A stretch of 64,000 bases of DNA from Camelus dromedarius (lineage: Eukaryota). A program made the translations under genes and the position numbers. The DNA lies in NCBI RefSeq assembly GCF_036321535.1, contig NC_087455.1:1984001-2048000 (forward strand), given 5' to 3'. The first letter of the stretch is position 1; the number at the start of each line of letters is the position of its first letter. Below are positions 1 to 11,419 of this stretch, one piece after another. Under the pieces are notes generated by a model. The model was not told the origin of the DNA. It saw only the letters and a program-made list of their open reading frames with translations, and ran no database searches.

Positions 1-346
1 AAAGCCTGTGTGGCAAGGAACTGCCAGCATCTTCTAGAAACGACAGGTGGCCTTCAGAAACTGGAGTGTCCTCCAGTCAGCAAGACGCCGGGGTCAGACT
101 ACCACAAGGATATGAGCTCCTTCAGCATCCTGAGTGAGCTTGAACGGGGTCTTCCCTGGTCCGACCTCCAGATGAGAACACAGCACAGTCAACACCTTGA
201 CTGCAGCCTGTGAGAGCCTGAGCAAAGGGACCCACTAGGCTGTGCCCGGACTCCTTCTGATCCCAGAAACTGTGACAATACATGTGTGTTCTTTTAAGCT
301 GCTAAGTATGCACTTATTTGTTACCCAGCTGCAGCTGATTAATACA
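1..346 (+). mobile_element. MaLR solo LTR, MLT1D/E-like (5' part outside window)
   Basis: Matches remembered MLT1 motifs: gtggcaaggaactg, acaccttgactgcagcctgtgaga, cagaaactgtgacaata..tgttcttttaagc..gctaag, and the terminal taataca at 340-346. Confidence 0.8.
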
Positions 347-1574
347 CAGTGCATGTTGCGATGTGCTGGACACTCCTCTGCATGGCGGGCTGCTCCACCC
401 AGAATCCCACAGTGCCCCACAGGGAGGTCCTGGCCCAGGTGGAGCAGTAGGCAACCAGAGGGGTGGGTGCACTGGGCGGTGATGCAGGCACCAGCCTGGC
501 GGGTGGTCCGCTCTGCCACAGGCACTCCGAGGTCTCCCCAGGCTGACTGGTTGTCCCTGCTCTCCCACAGGAAATCACTGGACCCAGACTGCAGTGTTCC
601 AGGCAGAGTCTGAGACAGGATGGCACCCACTGGCTCTACGCTTCACAGCAGCTCCTTTCTGCCCTGCTCCGGCAGACGTATGGAAAAAAGCTACCAGGGG
701 CTGTGCTCCTGAAACCGAGCAGGATTCTGTGGGGGGCCCAGCGCTGCCTCTTGTTTATAGAAAGCTGAGGTCTCCCAGGCTGTCCTGAGCCATAACAGCA
801 AATTCTTGGTTCCTTCACAGATACAGTAACTGCTGCCACGTGAGCAAGAAACCCCTTTTCTCACCACTTTAGTAAAACAATACTGTAATGAGCCTTGAAC
901 CAGGCACCCTCATGCCCTACGTGTTTCCGCCCTAAACTCACCTTTCAAATCTTTTGCTCACACGATACCTTGCCCAATCTGTTGGACTTTTTCTGCAGAG
1001 TAAGGAAGTAGAAATGGAGAATAAGTAATTAACAAATCACCAGATCACTTCCCTTGCTTCCCTGTCAGTCATCTCGCGAAAAAACTGTGTGAACAGGGAA
1101 CCATCTAAGGGAAATTTGCAAGGAATTGACAAGCCTGGGTCCGGTGGTACTCAGACCTGTCATCTCAATAGTCAGCTGAGGTCACTTCTCTATCTTCCCT
1201 TTAAAAAGTTTCATGGCTGAGCGGAATCTTCAGAGATGGTCTTTGGGGGCAGTGAATCCACCACCTCCCCAGGTTGCCGGAGTTCTGAGTCAAAGCAGCT
1301 TTCCTTTCTGTCAACGTTGCCTCGCTGGAGTACTGATTTTTGAGCAGCGAGCAGCTGGACCACTTTCAGTGATGCTCCCAGGGGGTCCCGTTTTCCATCA
1401 GGTGGGAAAGGCCACAGGGCCACGGGTGCCGTCACAACCAAGCTCACAGGTAAACTAGTAGGTCACTCTGTTCTTCAGTCTCATGGCCCCCGAGACAGGC
1501 TCTGGTTCCCACTTGTCACTCAGCCCAGCCCCGGCTGCAGCAACTACAGAGCTGACATTCGTGGAGGTGCTTGC

Positions 1575-1760
1575 AGTGTGCTTGTCACTGAAGCTACGTG
1601 TATCGGGAACCTGCCTAAATTTCACAGTCACCTTACCAAGCGGGGACTCGGAGTGACACGTTTTACTGACTGGGAAACCGAAGCATGGACAAGTCTAATA
1701 ACTTGCTCCAGGTCACACAGCTGGGAGGCAGGGGCGTCTGGATGGGAGCCTGGACCCTCA
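1575..1760 (-). mobile_element. MIR SINE fragment
   Basis: ttttactgactgggaaaccgaagc...aataacttgctccaggtcacacagctggg is the reverse MIR core. Confidence 0.65.
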
Positions 1761-1814
1761 GCCCCTGCCCTGTGCTGCATCTCACAGGATGGGAGCCACC
1801 CAGACCTGGGGCCA

Positions 1815-1950
1815 CACTGGCAGGGTGACTTTGAGTGAGTTCCTGACCAGTTTGAGCCTCAGTCTCCTTGTCCGAAAAAGGGATCCTGCGCTAATACCTG
1901 CCTCACTTGGTTGTTATGAAAATAAAAATGGCGCCTGGGGGTGTTCAGTA
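1815..1950 (+). mobile_element. MIR SINE fragment
   Basis: gtgactttgagtgagttcctgacc..gagcctcagtctccttgtccgaaaaaggg..taatacctgcctcac..ggttgttatgaaaataaa follows the MIR core. Confidence 0.6.
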
Positions 1951-2789
1951 AACGGGAGCCCTGCCTCCCAGCACCCTTGTGGTGGACATGTCGCAGATGG
2001 ACTGTCCCAAGGGCTCCAGGAAGCAAGCTCCTGCTCACAGGGTGGCAGACAGCAGCCTCCTCCAGGGAAAGGACTGAAGACTTCACCTTAAGTCAAGATA
2101 AAGAGCTGGGTTAGAGTTACGCGGGCCTGGTTTAATGCCCAAGGGCTCTGTGACCTTGAGAAAGTCACTTAAACGCTGATCTTCCATTGATCCATCCCAA
2201 ACATGGAAACACTACCATCTCTTTCACGTGGCCACCAGGATCACCCATGTGGTCAGCGCCTCCAGGGCCACTCAGCAAGGCCTGGCCCAGGGAGGCCACA
2301 CTCGGTGCAGCAGCAGCTTTATTAACCCTCCGTGTCCAGAGAGGGAGCATGACCCCAGCGTCCCCGTGTGACCTGACCGCTGCTTTCTTACTGTCAAAGG
2401 TGGCGTTGTCTGGGCAATTCACGCCACCAGGTTTTTCTGTGCTCTTGTTAGGTTTCAGGCCAGCACTTGACTTCGCAAGGAGAGCAAATAGTCTAGGCAT
2501 GTCCCTATTACCCCTGTCCTGGAGAGGCTTAGAGCATACCAGGGGGTGGGAACTGACACTCCGTGCGCACCTACTGCGTGTCGGTAAGTTTGCCAGCCCT
2601 CAGACCCACGATGCCTTTTTCTCATCCTCACTGCAACACAATGGTGTGTGTTAAATTAGAAGAAATTGAAGTTCAATGAATTTAAGGAAATTTCCCAAGG
2701 TCACACAGACTAGGATTGTCTCCCCGTAGACTGCGTCCTAGTAACCGTAAATCAGGGAGAAATTGGTAAGTATCAAAGCTGTTTAGATA

Positions 2790-2950
2790 AGATGAGTCAC
2801 TTGGCCTCAGCCTTTTATCTTTATTGGCTAAATGCCTAGAGTAAAATCCGCTTCTCAGAGCCTTTGAGAAAATTCGATGATTTATCAAATGTGAGTGAGC
2901 CTGGCGCGCTGCAGGGCACACAGTAGGAACTCAGTAAATGTTTGTGAATT
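2790..2950 (+). mobile_element. MIR SINE fragment (3' tail)
   Basis: Ends in gggcacacagtaggaactcagtaaatgtt, a typical MIR/L2 tail. Confidence 0.5.
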
Positions 2951-3579
2951 GTGATCTCAATGAGGGGCGATCAAAACTTTTTGGGGACTCTTAAAGAGGA
3001 TTATAATGCTTTTCACTGAGCAGGGAACAGGAGTTGATAGAAATCTCTGAAATGGGCCTTAGAAGGAAGCAGGATTGGGGCAGGCTCTGTAGGCATGAAC
3101 ACGCAATGTTTTCTAGAATAAGAGACTCTGAACTGGAGAGGATGGAGAACGATGAGTAGCATTCTGAGGTGCAGTCCACAGGCCTTGGAAACCAAAAGGG
3201 GTGCTGAGCCCAGGATGCTGAGGTGACCGTCTTCCAGCTGTGTTCACACATGTGTGCTGGAACTGTCTTCCTTCCAGGGTCCAGGTACTGATAACTCAGA
3301 CAGCTTTCCAGTGGTCACAAACGGCATAGTAAACCTCATCTTGAACCACACGATTCTGCAACCACCAGGTGCTCGGGATAGAAATAGGTCCCTCTGGGCA
3401 CCAGGACTTCATATGATCCGCCCTGACGGAGCAGAAGCTGCTGTGGGCATTTAATCTGAAAACCCTCACACCCAAGTCTGACCAGCACTGATCGGTCCAG
3501 CTGGTGCTGGTGCTTCTCACTAGTAAGATCTCAGTGTGATGGTCTTTCCAGTCCTCAGAGGACAAAAATCAAAGATTCA

Positions 3580-6500
3580 TACAAAGAACCAAACTCATCT
3601 TTCCACCTCCAGTCACGAGGGGATGATAAAGTCTGGAACTACCCTCCTGTTACTAAAAAAAAGAAACAAAAACAGAAAATTGCACACAAATAAATGAAAC
3701 AACTCTTTATAGATAATGAGCCTTGGGCAATGTGGGATATAGTTCCAGAGGGAAGGGAGACAGACAGTGGAAGATGTGCCATGGGGCAGGATTTCCTCCT
3801 GGAGACAATGTCTGGACCACAACACTGGGATGGGGGCCCCGAGCAGAGCTGGTAAACTTGGCCGAGGTGAATGGACAGAGATCAGAGTCCTGGAAGGTCA
3901 AGGCAGGTGGAATCTGCAGGACAGAGTTATGGAGAGAAACCAATTACATAGAGAAAAAACTCTAGAAATTGCACAGGGTCCCTTATAGTCTGGCTAAATA
4001 CCAACACGCACAGGTGCAGGGCAAGGAGATATGAATTAAACAAAGCCCAGGGTTCACAGGGCCCGGAGCTCCCTCCAGCCATGCTGGAGAGGCCTCGCTG
4101 AATACTTAGGGCACTCAGTGCAGAGCTCAGAACAAGAAAGGGAGCTCAGTTAACGCTACACTAAACACTATTCTAAGCCCATCCCCAAAGAGCCAACAAC
4201 AAAAAAAAGGGAATAAAAGGATCAAAATAACCCCCAGGTAATAGAACTGATGGCTGAGAAAGCCCAAAGCTCTTTAAAGGAATACAACAAAACCCAGCAT
4301 TCAGGAGCATAAAATCACCAATGCTGTGATTCATTTTCTTAAAAAAAAAAAGTAAACATTCAAAGAAATAGGAAATTTTGATCCATATCCAGATGGAAAA
4401 TCAGTTTAATGAAAACAGCTTAGCAACAGCAGAAATAATGGAATTGTCAGGCAACATATTAACAGGTGTTATAAAATGTGATTTATAAGCTCAAAGATAT
4501 AAACAGTACAATCGACACCTGAGACAACAGCATCACCAGACAGAATTAATACCTGATTAGACACCAAAGGAAAAAAATACCAGGGAACTTGAAGACACAG
4601 TGATATATTTGATTTGGAGAGAAACAGAGTCAAAGGACTACAAGTGTAAACAAAGCCTCGGAGACATGTGGGATGGCACCAAGTAGTCTGACGCCTGGGA
4701 ACTGTGGTCCTGGAACACGGGGAGGGGGAGGGCCGGCAGAGAACACATCTGAAGAGATCATGGCGAACTTTTCCCCTAAACTTTATTTTAACCTTTTCTT
4801 TACAAATCCAAGAATCCCTTTAAACCCCACTGCAGAATGAACACACCCATCACCACCATCACCGCCAAAAGCACCACCATCATCAAGACACAAGATGAAA
4901 GAAAAATCCAAAAATTGGCTAGAGAGAAAGACAGAAAGCAACAAGGAGCAGAAATAAGAACATCACTGGCTTCTCCTAGTTTACGCAAGCCGGACGCGGC
5001 TGGAATAAAACCCCTGCCAACCTAGAAGTCTATCTGCAATGAAAATGCACTTCAAAATCAAACTCAACATAAAGCCCTTGAGACAAGCAAAAGCTGAGAA
5101 ACTGCGTTGCCCACAGAGCAGCTCTGTAAAAACTGCCCCAGGAAACTCTTCAGGTAGAAGGAGTTGACACCAGATGGAAACTTCATTCTGCACAGACATG
5201 AGGAATGCTGGAAACTGTTAAGCAGACGTGTAAAAAACGTGCCTTTTCTTCCTAATTTTTAATTTTGTTTAAAAGATAATCCACTAGTTATAGTGAAAGT
5301 AAAGCAATGCAAAATAGGGTCAGGAAACGGGCAGCGGTAAAAGGCGTAACAATAGTCACTCGGGGTGGAGGGGGGAGTAAAATCTGAAAGGCTTTACTCT
5401 ATGTGGGAGCTCGTAGGACAGTATTTTAAGGCAGATTGTGGTCACTCAGCCCACGTGTTGTAAACGCCTGCCCAGTCACAGGAGGAGGCACAGAGGTGGA
5501 GCTCACCAGCCGGCGGAGGAGACAAAGCGTGATCCTGAAAGCACCTGAGACAGGAGGAGGGGAAGAGGGGCGACGAGCAGACACACAAACATAAAACTAG
5601 TGGCAGGAGAATAGATTCAAATCCGACTACTTAGATGATTACATTGAATGTGAAGGGTATAAACACGCCAGCTAAATACAAATGGTCAGACTGGGTTAAA
5701 AAAACAAGTTTTTTTTGACTCTCTGTTACTTACTAGAAACTAGCTTTAAATATAAAGACACATATCATTTAAAAGTGGAAATATCTATGCCATCTAAACT
5801 CTAATCTAAAGAAAGCTGGAGCGGCTATATTATCAGAGAAGCAGACTTCAGGACAAGAAGTTATTATTATATATATGAGAGAATAAAGGCATATCATGGT
5901 AATATAGGGCTAGATTCATCAAGAAAACATAATGATCCTAAATACGCACGCACCAAATAGCAGTGCTAGTCTTTAGGAAAATACTAGTAAATTAAATCGC
6001 AGTGCATAAATAGGATAATACACCGTGACTGACTGGGGTTTACCCTAGGAATCTAAGGTGGAGTTAATAGATGAAAAAGTTAACCCATGAGAATAAATTA
6101 ATTTTCCATATTATAAGAATAAAAGGGAAAAGATGGTATTCTTAGTAGATGCAGAAAAAGCATTTGATGAAATTTAACAGCAATTTATGATAAAAAAAAA
6201 AAAAAGCTAACATTGTCCCCTAATGCTGGTAATAGGTTCCCACCCCCACCATTTCTATTCAGGATTGTATGTAAGTCCTAGTCAGTGTAAGAAAGCAGGA
6301 AACAGGAATGAAAGCATACATTTGGGAAGAAAGAAATAAAACTGTCTTTATTTGCAAGTGGCATGATTGTGAACAGAGAAAATTCAAAAGAATTCTAGTT
6401 AGTGAATTTAGCAAAATCACAGAATACAAAGCCGCTACATGAACATCAATTGTATTTCTACATACTAGCAATAAAAAGTTGTTGATTGGTATGAAAAATT

Positions 6501-6900
6501 GATTTTTTATAAAGATACCAAGGTAATTCAATGGAATAAAGAACAGTCTTTTCAACAAATGATGTTGAAATAATTGGATAAACAAATGGGAAAAAAAACT
6601 TCACCTCCAACTTCATGAGCAAAAGTTTAATTGAAATGGATCATAAATCTAAATGTAAAACCTAAAGCTACAAAACGTCTGGACAAAATCATAGTGTGAA
6701 ATACTATTTGGGATAAACACAGATTTCTTAAGTAGGCTCTGAATAAGGATAAACTGCAAAAGAGAATATTGATAAATTGGGCTTCGTCAAAACTAGAATG
6801 TCTACTCTTGGAAAGACACTGTTAAGAAAATAAAATGCAAGATACAGAAAAGGAGAAAATATTTGCAGTATGTATATCTTGTAATCAGGACATATAAAGA
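3580..6900 (+). mobile_element. Old LINE-1 (L1MD/L1ME-like): 5'UTR, decayed ORF1, endonuclease region, internally deleted RT region
   Basis: 5'UTR motifs (ctctagaaattgcacagggtccc). ORF1 C-terminal remnant IIKTQDERKIQKLAREKDR (4837-5025). EN start gattacattgaatgtgaagggtataaac (~5637). RT motif gatgcagaaaaagcatttgat = DAEKAFD (~6148). Many stops and frameshifts. Confidence 0.85.
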
Positions 6901-7090
6901 TTTTTTATCAAAGTATAGTCTGTTTACAATGTGTCAGTTTCCAGTGTACAGCACAATGTTTCAGTCACACATGTACATGTATATATTCATTTTCATATTC
7001 TTTTTCACTGTAGGTTGCTGCAAGATATACAGTTCCCTGTGCTATACAGAAGGGATGTTGTTTATCAATTTCATATATATTTTAAGTTTG
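6901..7090 (-). mobile_element. 5'-truncated young LINE-1 3' end (cetartiodactyl, camelid-like) inserted into the older L1
   Basis: ttttttatcaaagtatagtc..tttacaatgtgtcagtttccagtgtacagc..tttcagtcacacatgtacatgtatatattc..gttccctgtgctatacaga resembles the remembered artiodactyl/camelid L1 tail. It interrupts the host L1 at catataaaga. Confidence 0.75.
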
Positions 7091-7560
7091 TAAGAAGAAG
7101 ATAAGAGACCCAATGCAAATGGGCAAAAGATTTGAACAGACATTGCAAAACAAGACATACTAATGGCCAATAAACACACGAGAAGATACTCAGCATTACT
7201 CCACACCAGGAAAGCGCATGTCAGACCACCCGGGGCGAACACAGCACGCCCGTCAGAGAGGGCGGACTTGAAAGGTCTGACAGCGTGCAGTGCGGACAGG
7301 GACGCGGAGCAGGTCAGACTCTGGCGCATTACTGATGGAAATGTACAAACCGTTTCGAAACTCTTTTGGCAATTCCTTTAAAGTTAAACACACACTTATA
7401 AAATTATCCAGAAATTTCACTCCCAGATATTTACCAAAAATAAATGAATACATGTATCCACATGAAAACTCACATCGCCATGTTCACAAAAGCTTTGTTC
7501 ATCATAGCCAAAAGCTAGAAACAACCCAGGTATCCGTCAACATGTGAACGGATAACCACG
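7091..7560 (+). mobile_element. Continuation of old L1 (ORF2 3' end / 3'UTR)
   Basis: aatgggcaaaagatttgaacagacatt...taatggccaataaacac...catagccaaaagctagaaacaaccca. Confidence 0.85.
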
Positions 7561-8605
7561 AGCAAGCAAAGACACTAGTAGCCAAGGGGGACTCATCAAA
7601 ATGTAAAACTTCTGTGCTTCAAGAGGCTGTCAAGAAAGTGAAGAAGAAAAACAAACACAGAATGCGAGAAAATGTTTTCAGCTCATGTTTCTGATAGGTC
7701 CCAGCGTGAGGAACTCTTATAATTCAGCAATAAAAAGACACGACACATTTTAAAAATCAGACACAGGCCTTGAACAGACATTTATCCAAAAAATGGAAAA
7801 GGATGCACAAATGTCCCATAAGCACATTAAAACATACTCCATGTCATTAGTCATCAGGGAAATGCAAATTACATCCACAGTGAAATATCACTTCACACCC
7901 ACTAGGATGGTTATAATCAACACAAGGGACAATGACAAATGTCGGGTGTAGAGAAATTAGAACCTCGTACACTGCTGGGGGGATGTAAAATGAAGCAGCC
8001 ACTTTGGAGAAGAGTTTGGCAGCTCCTCACAAAGTTAAACATAGAGTTACCACTTGACTCAACGATTCTAATTCTGGGTATACACTCAAAAGAACTGGAA
8101 AAATATATTCATGCAAAAACTTGTACACAGATGTTCATAGCAGCATTCTTCATAAAAGCCAAGAGATGGAAAAACCCCAATGTCCAGCCACTGGTGAATG
8201 AAGAAACAAAATGTGGTCTCTCTGCACGGTGGAACGTTATTCAGCCGTGAAGAGAAATGAAACACTGATACAGGCTATAACACGGGTGGACCTTGGCAAC
8301 ACTGCGCCAAGCAAGGTAAGCCAGGCACGGAAGACTGGCGCTGTACGATTCCATGCATGTCACGTCTCCACAGCAGGCCAGTCCGTAGAGACAAGAAGTG
8401 GACTAGTGCTTGCCGGGGGTGGGGTTAGAGAAAGTGGGAGGGGGACTGCTTTGGGGGTGTTGAGAATGTTCTAAAATTTTATAGTGGCCCTGGTTGTACA
8501 ATTCTGTAAATGTACTAAAAACCGCTGAATTGTGCATTTTAAAAGAGTGAATTTTATGGTAGGTGAATTATATTCCAATAAAGCTGTTTTTAAAATGGAA
8601 AAAAA
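7561..8605 (+). mobile_element. L1MB7/8-like 3' end nested in the old L1
   Basis: cattagtcatcagggaaatgcaaatt..cacttcacacccactaggatgg; the diagnostic tail gtgaattttatggtaggtgaattatattccaataaagctgtttttaaaa at ~8547-8595. Confidence 0.85.
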
Positions 8606-9020
8606 GATGAACAGACAACCAAATTACAGTATTTGCATACTATGGAAATAAAAATAAACATGAATAAACAACTGAAATATGTAGATACATGGCTGAATCT
8701 GAAACCTGTGCCGAGCCTACGAGCCCCGACGCAGACGCGTGTGCAGCTTCGTATCCCACGCACCCGAGCCGCCGGAGGGCTGATCTGACTTGCGGCGACA
8801 GGTCACAGCGCGGCGGGGCCTGGGGCTGAGGCTGCGGGGCTGGCTGGGATAGAGAGAGCGCCAGGGACCTTTCGGGGCTGGTGGAAAGTCTTTTATCATT
8901 ATTGTGGTGGTGGCCAAACAGGTGTATAAACCTGTCAGAATTCATCCAGATGTAAGTTCAAAGCGGGTGGATTTTGTTGTGTGTAATCTATCCATCGATG
9001 CAGGTGACTTTTAGAAAAGA
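8606..9020 (+). mobile_element. Resumption and 3' end of old L1ME-like element
   Basis: Picks up where 7560 left off (acaaccaaattacagtatttgcatactatggaa); tail attgtggtggtgg..ggtgtataaacctgtcagaattcatc. Confidence 0.75.
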
Positions 9021-9437
9021 ACAAAACTTCCTCACCCATGGATCTATACGTGCAGTTGATTGATAATTAGCCTAAGAAGCATGTGAGTGTGTATTTAAAG
9101 TACTTATTACGGTGGTGTTCTCTGTGGGTTTGGGTTGCAGCCCAGTTCCACTCTGCTAGGGAACCAGCAGGGCTTACTCAGCAGCTAACTCTGTGCCGGG
9201 CACCAGGCAGGCCGAGCAGAGCCCTGACACCACTGCATCCACGTCTTCCTCTGGGGCAGGTGCACAGACAGCACTTGCCTAAAGAGCTGTGCATCGTGTA
9301 AGACGCCGAGTGCCGTGGGCACGGCGCGGACAGGCAGCCTCAGAGAGGAGGTCTCGGGGGACCTGAAGGATGAGTGGGCTCGGATGCTGGTAGGAGAACC
9401 TGGCAGAGTAATTGTGCGGGGCATTCTGCCTGGCAGA

Positions 9438-9467
9438 TTCTTCGTTTCTTCGTTTCTTCGTTTCTTC
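9438..9467. repeat. (TTCTTCGT)n, about 3.8 copies
   Basis: ttcttcgtttcttcgtttcttcgtttcttc read directly. Confidence 0.9.
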
Positions 9468-9479
9468 ATCCGTGTCGTT

Positions 9480-9720
9480 GTGTGTTAGTCAGGAAAGCCT
9501 GGACTGTGCTGCAGAAACAAATAAACCTCCTTCCATCATGTAACTGCCATCTGGACCTTGGGGCTCCCCCATCCCGGGGGCTGAATCATCATGGCAGGTA
9601 GCCGTGACCGGGGGCGGCTCCGTCACTGCTGCCAACGTTCCGCTGGCCTGGCCTCTGTTGCACGGTGCTGACGTCACTGCATGGAGGGTGGGAAACGTTG
9701 TCCACCCACAGCCCACGCGG
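9480..9720 (-). mobile_element. MaLR LTR, MLT1J/K-like, internally deleted
   Basis: Starts tgtgttagtcaggaaagcctggactgtgctgcagaaacaaataaac; later cactgctgccaacgttccgctggcc..gcatggagggtgggaaacgttgtcc. Confidence 0.6.
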
Positions 9721-10084
9721 AGGAAGCAGGTGATGAACACACACCACTGACTGCAAATCCATGGGTCACAGCTCCCCAGGCACATCCTTCTCCTCCATCT
9801 CCCCTGTGGGGGCTCCACTGCAGAGCAGCTCCCTAAATTCATTTCAGCAGTGAGCCCTTCGCAGCACTCCCTTCTCAGAGCCACTCTCCCTGCTTCCCAC
9901 AGGCTGGCCACGGGGCTCGTTTTAGAGGAGGTAAACGATGTGTGTGCTTTCAGACAGGCAGGCTTTGCCATCTGCTGTGCTCAGACCATGCTGCCCATCG
10001 GGTGGCCGCCAGCATGGCAGGGTGGAAATCGCAGAGGCGAGGGGATTGGGGCGGGGGTGGCTTCCAGCCCTGCTCCTGCTTGTC

Positions 10085-10190
10085 ATTCACTTTAATCCCT
10101 ATGTCAAATCGTTTCACCTTTCTGAGATTCAAGTTCATGCTTCTGCAGAGCTGCCACGACTCAAACCCAGATTATCGGATCCAAGCCCTG
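10085..10190 (-). mobile_element. MIR fragment
   Basis: cattcactttaatccctat...cagagctgccacgactcaaacccag. Confidence 0.45.
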
Positions 10191-10924
10191 CCAGCTCTCC
10201 CTCCATCCTCTCCCCTCTCCTTCTCCCTGATTTGAGGGGCTACGCATCCTGCCACTTTTATAGAACCTGGATGAGAACTGAAGGGACAACGGCGGGAGAA
10301 CATCTGGACAGAGTTTTACTGTTACTGTCATTGTTGTTGTTACATTGCTCTCGCCGCCGGCTGTCCCCCTGCAGAAAGGTCCCAGCCTCCTCTGGCCCCA
10401 GCGCAGCTCTTGAATTTCTCGTTGGCTCCCTCAGCTGGGCACACGCTTCCCTCCCTTCCTCTTAATGAGGAAAATGTAAGTTAATGAGCTTGCAAATGGG
10501 CACCGGGGCCATCTCTGGGGCTGAGACACAGCGCAGTCTGCGCGGAGCGTGGTGGAGATGGGCCTTTAATGGGCAAGATGAAGAGGAAACAGTGCAGCCC
10601 TGAGCGTGCCGCTCTCACCAGCGCCGTAAAGCCATAAACTGGGATTGTCTTCAAGATTGAACTTTTCCCCTCTCTCCAGTGGCTATTAAATATCTCCAAG
10701 GAAATTACTCTGAAGGAAAGGTGTTCAGCTCATCTTTCAGTTAGAGTGAGCTGACCCTTGGGAGTCTGTCGCTCTGTGAGGGCCTGTAGGAAGCGGTGGG
10801 AAAGCTGGGCTCCCGCACCCTCCTGGCAGGGTCCCCCTCATCACTTCTGGGGAGACCCCTGGCATTTCTAGGTCACTCTTCTTGTAGAATGAGGATAACA
10901 GGGAAAAGAAGTGATATTTGTTGT

Positions 10925-11090
10925 GTTCCCTGTGTATGCTGAGCCCTCTAATCTACCTTATTTAATTATCAAAAATAATTCACAAGGTAGACATTATACC
11001 CATTTCGCAGACGTGAAAGCTGAGATCAGGGACTCTGTGCCACTGGGATTGCAAAAAGCCAGGATGAGACTCCAAGGTCAGAATCACTGT
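10925..11090 (-). mobile_element. MIR fragment
   Basis: aggtagacattatacccatttcgcagacgtgaaagctgagatcag. Confidence 0.6.
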
Positions 11091-11419
11091 CATAGACCCT
11101 GTTGTCTCCTAAAGAAAGAGGATGGGGCTCTGACATGGGCCCAGGACAGGGTGTCTGTCTCCGTGGCTTCTGGCTCCACAGCAGAAGAGCCGGTGAGGGG
11201 TAAGCAGAGTCCAATTCAAGGCAACAAATGTTAATGACACTTTGCAAAGTACTGAGGGAGACAAGGAGACGGAGTGAGAGACGAGAACTTGGCCTTCAGG
11301 GAGCTCTTGGTTTCGCTGGGGAGGCAGGGGACGTGCCTTCCTTGGTCAACGATGGCAGCATGTCAGATGTGGGCGGGGCCACAGAACGTGTTACAGGGGC
11401 TTCGATTAAACATGGCAGT

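Noticed and set aside
4800-8250. ORFs with L1 protein similarity (4837-5025, 6259-6585, 7939-8250)
   Set aside because: Remnants of decayed L1 ORF1/ORF2 with frameshifts and stops; not host genes or active elements.
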